Shown here: piece by piece, positions 56,620 to 64,000 of the stretch
Layout of the letters: every line of letters starts with the position of its first letter
How positions within the stretch are numbered: position 1 is the first letter of the stretch
Virus record (IMG/VR): IMGVR_UViG_3300046787_000408
Coordinates: 186,001-250,000 of that record
Strand: one strand, 5' to 3'
DNA length: 64,000 nt
Notes under the pieces: model-generated
Databases searched by the model: none
The model's input: only the letters and a program-made list of their open reading frames with translations
What the model was told of the DNA's origin: nothing
Made by a program: the position numbers and the translations under genes

Positions 56620-57691
56620 CTAGTTTTGCCTCATCTGGTTTTGGTAGCTTCTCTGGATTAGCTTCCCATGATGCTTTAGCCTGCTCGCCAATCTTGCCTT
56701 CGTATGGGCAAGGTGTACCTGCTGCTAGCATAGCATCAAACACTCTACGGTCCTGACACATAGTTGCCACAGCAGCTACTTTCATTCCCATGTCGTACAA
56801 AGTCTTGCTTAACTTCAAGCGTTCACAATTCATATCACGTACTGTTCCGCCTGAACTTACGCCAAACACTTGTGTTTGTACGCTACCGGAACTGCCTGTT
56901 GAACATAGATCAGCATTACCACCACTTAACATAGCAGGTGCTACAGCAGTTGGTGGAGGTTGAATTACTCGCTGAGTAATAGTGCTTTCGTTAATGTTAC
57001 GGTTGGTCATGTCACCAGTCTGCACGTTTTGATTCACTGCGGTACTGGTGTTAACGTTGTTGTTAACGTTGTTACTGGTTGACGTAGACGTGTTGATATT
57101 ACGGTTGGTCATGTCACCTGTGTTGACGTTGTTGTTGGTAGCCGTACTGGTGCTTACGTTGTTATTGTTGTTAGTAGCAGTGCTGACATTGTTGTTGTTG
57201 TAGGTCATTGTGCCACTATTGATATTGTGGTTGGTATTGGTGTTGTTGCTGGTACTAGAACTAACGTTGTTGTTGTTGTAGGTCATTGTGCCAGAGTTGA
57301 CATTGTTGTTGTTGTAGGTCATTGTGCCAGAGTTGACATTGTTGTTGTTGACCGTGCTGGTACCCGAGTTGATATTGTTGTTGGTGTTAACACTGGTACT
57401 GGTATTAGTATTGGTGTTAGCACTGGTGCTATTGACCTGGGCAGTACTGTTGCTGTTTGACGTGCTGTTGGTGTTGCTGTTTGACGTCACAGTGCTGGTA
57501 CTGTTGCTGGTACTGTTGGTATCAACCAAGGTTGATGAATCGTAGGTCCCTTGATTGATCAACTGAGTGTTGTTGGTAGTAGTGCCGCCTGTGCTAGTGG
57601 CAGTACTGGTGTTGGTGGTTTGTGCGCCGACGGCTGCTACAAACACCAGGCTGGCTAGGCCCATGGCAATTTTTCTTTTCATTTTGCTCAC
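56555..57691 (-). CDS. secreted Asn/Thr-rich repeat protein with Cys-containing C-terminal domain
   Basis: Signal peptide; NNNNVNSGTMTY repeats; LCSTG..NCERLKLSKTL..MCQD..TPCP; C-terminal hydrophobic anchor. Confidence 0.8.
   Translation of the reverse strand: MSKMKRKIAMGLASLVFVAAVGAQTTNTSTATSTGGTTTNNTQLINQGTYDSSTLVDTNSTSNSTSTVTSNSNTNSTSNSNSTAQVNSTSANTNTNTSTSVNTNNNINSGTSTVNNNNVNSGTMTYNNNNVNSGTMTYNNNNVSSSTSNNTNTNHNINSGTMTYNNNNVSTATNNNNNVSTSTATNNNVNTGDMTNRNINTSTSTSNNVNNNVNTSTAVNQNVQTGDMTNRNINESTITQRVIQPPPTAVAPAMLSGGNADLCSTGSSGSVQTQVFGVSSGGTVRDMNCERLKLSKTLYDMGMKVAAVATMCQDRRVFDAMLAAGTPCPYEGKIGEQAKASWEANPEKLPKPDEAKLDDNYKKIGIGAILGVLVHKLF
57267..57350. repeat. 36-bp perfect tandem repeat (2.3 copies)
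   Basis: TTGTTGTTGTTGTAGGTCATTGTGCCAGAGTTGACA x2 plus partial. Confidence 0.9.
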
Positions 57692-57810
57692 CTTATGGTT
57701 ATTATTATGTTGATATTTATTGCCCTAGAGCAAACAAATAGTGAGTACTGAATGTACAAAAGTACAGATTCAATAGCAGCGGTTAATCAAAATATCCCGC
57801 TAAATACCAC

Positions 57811-58101
57811 ATGAAGTTGCACAATATTCAAATACAATACGATGTTCACTGTGATTGGACAGACACTGCTCCAGTGTATCGTTTGTATGTCAACAATGAG
57901 TTGTTTACAGAACGCACTTATATTTGGCATGACCAGTATCTTGAAGAAGTTGTGGCTATTGATGCCGAACCTGGTGACTATACCATACGTTACGAACTTG
58001 TAGGGGCAGGTTCCTTGACTGCTAGTAACCCCCGAGTCAATCATGGTGCTGCACACTTTGTAGACAACTACACTCTAAGGATAATCAATGAAAATGCGTG
58101 A
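57811..58101 (+). CDS. hypothetical protein
   Basis: 96 aa after TAAATA at 57801. Confidence 0.7.
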   Translation: MKLHNIQIQYDVHCDWTDTAPVYRLYVNNELFTERTYIWHDQYLEEVVAIDAEPGDYTIRYELVGAGSLTASNPRVNHGAAHFVDNYTLRIINENA

Positions 58102-58294
58102 TATAATGGAAACCACAACTGCTGGTTCAGTAGCCACTGTGAGCATGCCTTTAGGCGGAGTGAAAACAAGAAATGGTGGATCAATGTTAACAGGTAAATA
58201 TGTAACGGATTCGGACCCAACTCCAAATACGCCTAAAGAATACAAGAGGAATAAAAATGTTAGCGGACGCTTTAAAAACACTCCTGGCAACTGA
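58088..58294 (+). CDS. small protein, putative internal protein
   Basis: MKMRDIME-TTTAGSVA start; SD AAGGA. Confidence 0.65.
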   Translation: MKMRDIMETTTAGSVATVSMPLGGVKTRNGGSMLTGKYVTDSDPTPNTPKEYKRNKNVSGRFKNTPGN

Positions 58295-58697
58295 GTACGC
58301 TTTTGTCACAAAAGCACAACAGTTCCACTGGAATGTGGAAGGACCAGACTTTGGCCAACTGCACAAGTTCTTTAACATGATCTACGATGATGTGTATGGT
58401 GCAATTGATCCCACAGCTGAATACATTCGTGCGCTGAACGAATATGCTCCTGGTAGTTTTGAGCGTTTTGCAGAGTTATCTCGTATTTCTGGACAAACAA
58501 AAATTCCACGTGCTCGACTCATGCTTGAAGAATTGCTGGCCAACAATGGTCAAATGATAGAACTATTAAATGAATGCTTTGGGGAAGCTGAACAAGAAAA
58601 CCAACAAGGCATCATGGACTTTTTGGCCTCGCGTATTGACGCTCATCAAAAGCATGGCTGGATGTTGAGAAGTTATTTGAAAGACCAACGAGCATGA
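58257..58697 (+). CDS. dps: Dps/ferritin-like DNA protection protein
   Basis: FHWNVEGPDFGQLHKFF, AEYIRAL, KHGWMLRS; SD GAGG. Confidence 0.92.
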   Translation: MLADALKTLLATEYAFVTKAQQFHWNVEGPDFGQLHKFFNMIYDDVYGAIDPTAEYIRALNEYAPGSFERFAELSRISGQTKIPRARLMLEELLANNGQMIELLNECFGEAEQENQQGIMDFLASRIDAHQKHGWMLRSYLKDQRA

Positions 58698-59425
58698 ATC
58701 ACGACATACGATCAATTCTAGATCGACTAGCCACAGTGGAGAGTCGTACTACTCCAGTTAATGTCAAGTCTGGGCTGAATGCACAACAAAAAAGTGTACC
58801 ACAATTACCAGCTTTGTTTCAGCCACGCAACATCAGCACAGTGCTCAAAAGTAAAAAAGACCCTGCTCATCCCATGAAGGGCGAATTTGTGGGAGACTCA
58901 GTTGAGCCACAAGCACCAAGTTTGGCAGAAACCATGCAGGCTGTGGAAGAAGACATGCTGGGCAAAGTCAAACGTGACTTTGTAGACTACCTAGAACGTC
59001 TAGAAGACAAAAACAAAATTGACAAGGCCTTGGTACACAAAGCCAAGCAAGAACTTGACATAGAAGATCCCATTGAAGAAGATCCCACACAAGCTGAACC
59101 AGCTGGCATAGCCCCACCTGCTCCAGCACAAGATCCTGTGTTGCCCGAAAGCGACTTTGAGGATTCAGAACTAGCACATGACATTGACCAAACTGCTGCA
59201 AGTCAAGCAGTAGCAGCGGAACAACCAGTCAAAACAGTGGCCATGGAAGATGGCGCTGTGTTAGAAATCTACGGCGACCAAGGTCGCGGGTTTGAAGTAC
59301 GACACGGTGGCCGTAGTTTGCCCACACGCTTTCCCAATATTGATCACGCTGACATGGCAGTGAAGATTTTCCAAAAACGCAGAAAAAACGCTGACTTGGA
59401 CCAAGATTACCTGGAAGAAAAATAA
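58694..59425 (+). CDS. hypothetical modular acidic protein
   Basis: 243 aa; ends DYLEEK like the DYLDE end of 42765. Confidence 0.75.
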   Translation: MNHDIRSILDRLATVESRTTPVNVKSGLNAQQKSVPQLPALFQPRNISTVLKSKKDPAHPMKGEFVGDSVEPQAPSLAETMQAVEEDMLGKVKRDFVDYLERLEDKNKIDKALVHKAKQELDIEDPIEEDPTQAEPAGIAPPAPAQDPVLPESDFEDSELAHDIDQTAASQAVAAEQPVKTVAMEDGAVLEIYGDQGRGFEVRHGGRSLPTRFPNIDHADMAVKIFQKRRKNADLDQDYLEEK

Positions 59426-59426
59426 A

Positions 59427-61454
59427 ATGTTTGTAGATGACCTCTTTGACCAAAAAACACTAACTGAAGCCCAAGGCGGCGGCAGTCCTTGGCACTCAGA
59501 ACCTGAGCAACAGACCATTGACGCTACTCGTCAGGCACGGTTGAATCGCGAGCGTGAACCTGCTGGCAGTGATGCTATTGATGCTAGACTACGAGCACAA
59601 AATGATCAGTTGGCACAGTATGCACAAACAGGCAACTTTTGGATCAAGCGCAAAGACACACAAGAACACATTAGTGATGCCATGGTAGGCAAGGCTGCTG
59701 CTGTGGCTGCTGCACAGGACATGTTGAAACAACAACCTGACTTGCGTGGCAACATTGTGATCACAGCATATGGTCCGGGTGAAACTCAAGGTGTGGCGGA
59801 AGGCGCCGGGATACCAACCGATTGGATGGGAGTCCCTACTAGATTGTCCAAGAACGACAAGAAGCCAATCAAGAGACCATCCGGGTATGATGAATATATC
59901 AAGCGCGGCGCCAAACAAGGATTCCAAGATGATCCTACTAATCCTTTGCGTAAAAAAGTCAAAGAGCAAGGTGTGGCGGAAGGCATGATGGATAATCCTG
60001 GTGAACAAGACTCGCCAGTAGCACAAGCTATCATTCGCAGAATTCTAATGCAGCGTACAGACCTGTTGGCCAAACACGGCCCAGAAAAAGTTGGACAGGC
60101 AGTAGACGAAGTTGCTGACTTTGTGGGCGATGTAGATGAAATTGGATCTAGCGATGTGTCAGGTTGGGTTCGTCATGTTGAGCAAATGCTGGGCAACATG
60201 GGCGAAGGTCTAGCAGAAGGCCAATTAGACGAACTTAGTTTCAAAGACATTCAAAAAAGCGCCAATAAGTTTGCCAAGGGCGCAAACAAGTTTACAAAAA
60301 ACGTAGCAGACACCGGTGCTGCCGTAGGCAATGCAGCTGGAGCATTAGGTGGTGCAATCAAACAAGTAGGCAAAACAGCTATTGCTGATCCAGTAGCTGC
60401 AACATACAATGCTACCAAGTCAGGCCTAGGTAAAGCATCCAATGTTGCTGCCAACACATACGGTGACCTAAAAAAAGGTGTACAAGCTGTTGGCAAAGCT
60501 GGGCAAACCGTTGGCACAGATATTGGAGCAGCAGGCACAGCCGTTGGTAAAGGCATACAAAGTGTAGGTCGTGGAGTTGCCAATGTTGCAGGCGGTACTG
60601 CTGGAGCATTAGGATCAGTTGCTGGTGGTGCTACTACTGGACTTGGTCGTGCAGCAGCTCGCGGATTCAATACCGGAGTACAAAATGTAGGCGGCGATGC
60701 CATTGACAAAATGCAAACCAACATAATGACTCCCAAAGCTGCTGACATACAGAAACAAATTGCTACCAAGCAAGATGAAATCAAAGCTTTGCAAGCAACA
60801 CTGGCTGGTGAACAATCTGCTGCTGCAACGGAACCCAAAGCTGGTATACAAACTGGTGCCACTGCATTAATTGATCCTGACACTAAGCGGCCTTACGAAA
60901 AAGACAAGCTGGCATCCATGTACGGATACAAAGAACCTGAAGCAGCCGATGCTGATAAAACTCCAGCAGCACCTGCTGCTCAGCCGCAAGGATTTAGTGC
61001 AGCCAATGTGATGAATTTGCCAGGCATGGCAAAGACTGCTGCTAAACCAGCAGCGCCTGCTAAAACAGCCAACTTTGCTGGCCCTGGCGGATACGGAGCA
61101 ACTACAACTGGCATCAAGGCTCCGGCTGCACCTAGCTCACCAGCGCTGGCAGCTCCTAAACTACCTGGTGCGCCTCGAGTTACTGCTGGTGGACCAACGC
61201 CAGCTGAAAAAGCCAATCTTGACAAGCGTATAGCAGCGGCAGCTCCGGCTGTGGCTGAAGCTTTGGCACAAGTTGAACGCATGTTGGAAAGTGTCAACAG
61301 CAAGAAAAGTGCGGAAATGGTCAAGGCTTATGTGGATCAGAGGTTTACAGAACTAGGCCTACGCAACACTACTGAATGCCGTAGCATCATGGCACGTGTG
61401 GTACAAGAATCAGCTATTCGTCGCAGACAATATGCGAAGAGTCTAGCAAAATAA
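59427..61454 (+). CDS. modular protein, putative capsid internal polyprotein
   Basis: Two QGVAEG and one GLAEG junction; Gly/Ala amphipathic repeat region. Confidence 0.8.
   Translation: MFVDDLFDQKTLTEAQGGGSPWHSEPEQQTIDATRQARLNREREPAGSDAIDARLRAQNDQLAQYAQTGNFWIKRKDTQEHISDAMVGKAAAVAAAQDMLKQQPDLRGNIVITAYGPGETQGVAEGAGIPTDWMGVPTRLSKNDKKPIKRPSGYDEYIKRGAKQGFQDDPTNPLRKKVKEQGVAEGMMDNPGEQDSPVAQAIIRRILMQRTDLLAKHGPEKVGQAVDEVADFVGDVDEIGSSDVSGWVRHVEQMLGNMGEGLAEGQLDELSFKDIQKSANKFAKGANKFTKNVADTGAAVGNAAGALGGAIKQVGKTAIADPVAATYNATKSGLGKASNVAANTYGDLKKGVQAVGKAGQTVGTDIGAAGTAVGKGIQSVGRGVANVAGGTAGALGSVAGGATTGLGRAAARGFNTGVQNVGGDAIDKMQTNIMTPKAADIQKQIATKQDEIKALQATLAGEQSAAATEPKAGIQTGATALIDPDTKRPYEKDKLASMYGYKEPEAADADKTPAAPAAQPQGFSAANVMNLPGMAKTAAKPAAPAKTANFAGPGGYGATTTGIKAPAAPSSPALAAPKLPGAPRVTAGGPTPAEKANLDKRIAAAAPAVAEALAQVERMLESVNSKKSAEMVKAYVDQRFTELGLRNTTECRSIMARVVQESAIRRRQYAKSLAK
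59787..59804 (+). repeat. QGVAEG DNA repeat copy
   Basis: CAAGGTGTGGCGGAAGGC. Confidence 0.9.
59963..59984 (+). repeat. QGVAEG DNA repeat copy
   Basis: AGAGCAAGGTGTGGCGGAAGGC, identical to 27505 copy. Confidence 0.9.
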
Positions 61455-61542
61455 TCACCTTAGGACCGGTACTTGTTACCGCGGTGAGCCCGGCTGCTGG
61501 GCAGAGTAATCCGATTCGCTACCGGAACCTTTAAAGTGAGCA
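61455..61542 (+). ncRNA. candidate small structured RNA (multi-hairpin)
   Basis: Three hairpins plus closing/alternative stem in a GC-rich intergenic gap. Confidence 0.5.
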
Positions 61543-61567
61543 CTATCAACTCTTAGATAAATTCATT

Positions 61568-62434
61568 ATGATATTGGAATTTGTCTTTCCCACAAACCGT
61601 ATTGAAGTGCAAGTTGACTTGTTGGAAAACCCAGGAGTGCAAGTCTGGACCAACAAGTTTCTAAATAACAATTACACCACCTCCGTGCTAGCACATGACC
61701 ACTTGTGGGTTCCCGAAATGGATACTACAAAGTTCAATCATGCTGTAGCTGAGTGTAGCCGCTTGATTGGTCAACTAGTGCAGTACGGCATAATATATTC
61801 AGGACCTGATATCAGCACTGTTGACCACAACACACTTAATCGTGTGCATAGATTTTTTACCCACAACCAGCAACGATGCAATGTTAGAGATTTTGGCAGC
61901 AACTTTGACTATGACTCAGTAATGAGCATGTTGGATAGAGTAAACACTCATGTGCATGAACTAGAAAGTTTTTTGCCACGTGGACCAGCTGATATTCCAG
62001 TTACACAAATTGAAGAAATAAAACTATATCATCCTACTCAGTATGGTACTTCTGATTGGATTGATTTGACTGGCTATCGTCAGTATCATAGTAGCCAACA
62101 CCATGACATAATACTCAGTTCAGAAGTACTGGGCAAGACTCTATTACAAAGCTACCTGGACCAAGACGATCCAACTGACTGGGATACCTCGGGACACTAT
62201 GTGTCTGCTGGTGGATTACAAATTGCTTACTTGCCAACCCGACAGCAAATCTATCAAAGCAACAGTTTCAAGCAATGGCTTGCCCAATACAATGCTGACC
62301 CAGTTGATCTAATGTATGATTTTCCTATTGGTAACATACAGGATCGGGACACGGGTCCATTCCAGCAAGTACTAGCTGAACTGGATCATTGCAAATTTAG
62401 CGATGTGACAGTGAATTACAGAAAGAAAACATGA
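61568..62434 (+). CDS. hypothetical protein
   Basis: 288 aa; LNRVHRFF, N.HVHELE, LGKT motifs. Confidence 0.75.
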   Translation: MILEFVFPTNRIEVQVDLLENPGVQVWTNKFLNNNYTTSVLAHDHLWVPEMDTTKFNHAVAECSRLIGQLVQYGIIYSGPDISTVDHNTLNRVHRFFTHNQQRCNVRDFGSNFDYDSVMSMLDRVNTHVHELESFLPRGPADIPVTQIEEIKLYHPTQYGTSDWIDLTGYRQYHSSQHHDIILSSEVLGKTLLQSYLDQDDPTDWDTSGHYVSAGGLQIAYLPTRQQIYQSNSFKQWLAQYNADPVDLMYDFPIGNIQDRDTGPFQQVLAELDHCKFSDVTVNYRKKT

Positions 62435-63519
62435 AATACTACTGCTCAGACCAGTTCAAGACCATGCATATACGCAGCACCAACTCAGGGCAAGTGCTTG
62501 TGAGTCCGTGTTGTGCAGCACAAACTGACCCAGTGGTGGCTGACAAATTTGATTTTGCTACCAACGAGTTTTTGCAGCAGACAAGACAACATGCTGTTGA
62601 TGATACTCCTGCGCCTGCTTGCAGCAACTGCTGGCGCCAAGAAGCACAAAATCCGCCTAGCCGTAGATTTTTCAGCAATCAAAACAAAAGCCAAGACATT
62701 CGTGTTGAACTCAATCGCATTGATGTGACCACGCAAAATGTATGCAATTTGGCTTGCATTATGTGCAGTAGCTACAGCAGCAGCACGTGGGCACGTGAAG
62801 AAGGCTTAACTGATCAAGACTACAGCTTTGAAGACAAGCTACAACTGTTTCGTAGACTGGACTTTTCTCATGTGTACCAAATGCATTTCACTGGTGGCGA
62901 ACCGCTAATGAGCACTGAGCATTTGAAAATGCTAGGCATCTATGCAGAATCTTCGCCACTAAGTCAACTGCACATCAGCTACAACACCAATGGTACATTC
63001 TTTCCTGATCAACGTGTGTTGGATACATGGAGTCAGGTTAAAGCCATAGATCTTGTGATCAGTTTAGACGCAACTGGTGCCGCATGCGAACTTATACGCT
63101 GGCCAGCTAAGTGGGAACAAATTGCTGCCAACATTGCTCAATTCTTTGAATTACGAACCCAAATGCCACACTTGAAAATTGGGTTCATTAGTTGTGCCAG
63201 TAACTACAATCTATTTGAGTTAGCAAATGTAATAGACTTTGTACACAGTCATGATCCTGATCTCACTGTGCATTTTCAAGTCAACCACAAGCCGTACTTT
63301 GCGCCAGCCTTGATTCCGCCCGAAATGGTGGAGCCAGTAATAGCTCGATTGGCGGCATATCCAGAATTAGCAAACTTGCTGCCCACAGCTCAGACTCAGT
63401 TGGATCATGCTCGTTATCAAAGAGAAATTACAACCTACCATCGATTAATGGCCGAAATGGAAACCAGACGTGGCACAGATTGGAGATCAGTGTTGCAAAT
63501 TGGCAAGTACATGAGTTGA
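62431..63519 (+). CDS. radical SAM protein with N-terminal Cys cluster
   Basis: CNLACIMC, FTGGEP, YNTNGT, SLDA, IRWP. Confidence 0.88.
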   Translation: MKYYCSDQFKTMHIRSTNSGQVLVSPCCAAQTDPVVADKFDFATNEFLQQTRQHAVDDTPAPACSNCWRQEAQNPPSRRFFSNQNKSQDIRVELNRIDVTTQNVCNLACIMCSSYSSSTWAREEGLTDQDYSFEDKLQLFRRLDFSHVYQMHFTGGEPLMSTEHLKMLGIYAESSPLSQLHISYNTNGTFFPDQRVLDTWSQVKAIDLVISLDATGAACELIRWPAKWEQIAANIAQFFELRTQMPHLKIGFISCASNYNLFELANVIDFVHSHDPDLTVHFQVNHKPYFAPALIPPEMVEPVIARLAAYPELANLLPTAQTQLDHARYQREITTYHRLMAEMETRRGTDWRSVLQIGKYMS

Positions 63520-63544
63520 TTTTGTTTAGCAATGATGCTACAAT
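63516..63544 (+). promoter_or_regulatory. sigma70-type promoter
   Basis: TTGATT-17-TACAAT with TGn. Confidence 0.55.
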
Positions 63545-63566
63545 AGCAACTCACAAGGAGTATTCT

Positions 63567-63827
63567 ATGGAAGCAAAAACATTCAACGGTGATCAAAAGA
63601 TCAAACTGATTCAAATCATCAACGAGGGTATGCAAGTGACTCAAGAAATTGAAACACTCACAGGCGGACTCAATGATACAATCAAAGCAGTAGCAGAAGA
63701 ACTGGAAATCAAACCAGGTGTTTTGAAAAAGGCTATCAAGCTGGCACACAAGGCTGAATTTGGTAAAGCCAAGCAAGACCATGAGCTGCTGGAAACAATT
63801 TTGGAAACCGTTGGCAAAACACTATAA
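63567..63827 (+). CDS. small dsDNA-binding protein (T4 DsbA/GapR-like)
   Basis: SD AAGGAG; helical IKAVAEELEIKPGVLKKAIKLAHK. Confidence 0.6.
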   Translation: MEAKTFNGDQKIKLIQIINEGMQVTQEIETLTGGLNDTIKAVAEELEIKPGVLKKAIKLAHKAEFGKAKQDHELLETILETVGKTL

Positions 63828-63899
63828 GTACTGTTTTACACAGCGAGTCGCTCACGTTACGAGCATGAATCACGGCTTACCGGCCATAAACGGAGAACA

Positions 63900-64000
63900 A
63901 TGAGTTATATTGACGCACTATATGATCGTGAGCACGATCGCATCCACACAGTAGAACGCCGAGAAGGCAAGCGAGTGTATCGCGAATTCCCGGCCAACTA
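63900..64000 (+). CDS. 5' end of a CDS, possibly family B DNA polymerase (partial)
   Basis: SD GGAG; MSYIDALYDREHDRIHTVERREGKRVYREFPAN; assignment from resemblance only, no catalytic motif in window. Confidence 0.45.
   Translation, partial: MSYIDALYDREHDRIHTVERREGKRVYREFPAN

Noticed and set aside
61455-61542. Canonical tRNA
   Set aside because: No 7-bp acceptor stem, no U33-type anticodon loop, no GTTCRA T-arm, no CCA; kept only as an ncRNA candidate.
1-64000. Stop-codon reassignment
   Set aside because: Recognisable genes are full length and tightly packed under the standard code.
1-64000. Cellular (bacterial or archaeal) chromosome origin, suggested by nadE, infA, clpA, phoH and the RFC-like gene
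   Set aside because: These genes are interspersed with fibre, baseplate and lysis genes and T4-like late motifs, and lack their normal operon partners.

Overview
A gene-dense 64-kb segment of a large lytic dsDNA tailed phage (T4-like/jumbo myovirus type; standard genetic code; no tRNA, rRNA, CRISPR or integrase seen). Two Bug/TctC proteins and the ErpA and SOD genes suggest a Burkholderiales-type betaproteobacterial host (inference). Layout: (1) 1-8 kb, small early genes behind near-consensus sigma70 promoters, plus nadE, a cell-wall hydrolase and infA; (2) 8-9 kb, SOD and ErpA; (3) 9-20 kb, tail fibre/baseplate genes; (4) 20-26 kb, a DnaE fragment, GroES, clamp loader, Bug and PhoH; (5) 26-32 kb, modular proteins and a modification-enzyme cluster; (6) 32-37 kb, lysis cassette; (7) 37-45 kb, QueC-like, DnaJ, ClpA, nucleotidyltransferase, radical SAM and glycosyltransferase-like genes; (8) 45-52 kb, a 1396-aa polyvalent protein and small MRAxEF proteins; (9) 52-58 kb, a structured non-coding element and a minus-strand secreted/membrane operon with a desaturase; (10) 58-64 kb, Dps, a modular protein, a radical SAM and the probable DNA polymerase start. 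Best candidate for a new system: a ~20-bp DNA repeat (AGAGCAAGGTGTGGCGGAAGGC, conserved at most synonymous sites) encoding a putative head-protease cleavage site (QGVAE|G). It bounds in-frame cassettes in three unrelated genes, alongside T4-like capsid-targeting N-termini, suggesting a shuffled library of capsid-packaged cargo modules. Three unannotated structured RNA candidates (about 4765-4980, 52021-52480 and 61455-61542) are also present. All protein assignments come from motif recognition by eye, not database searches.
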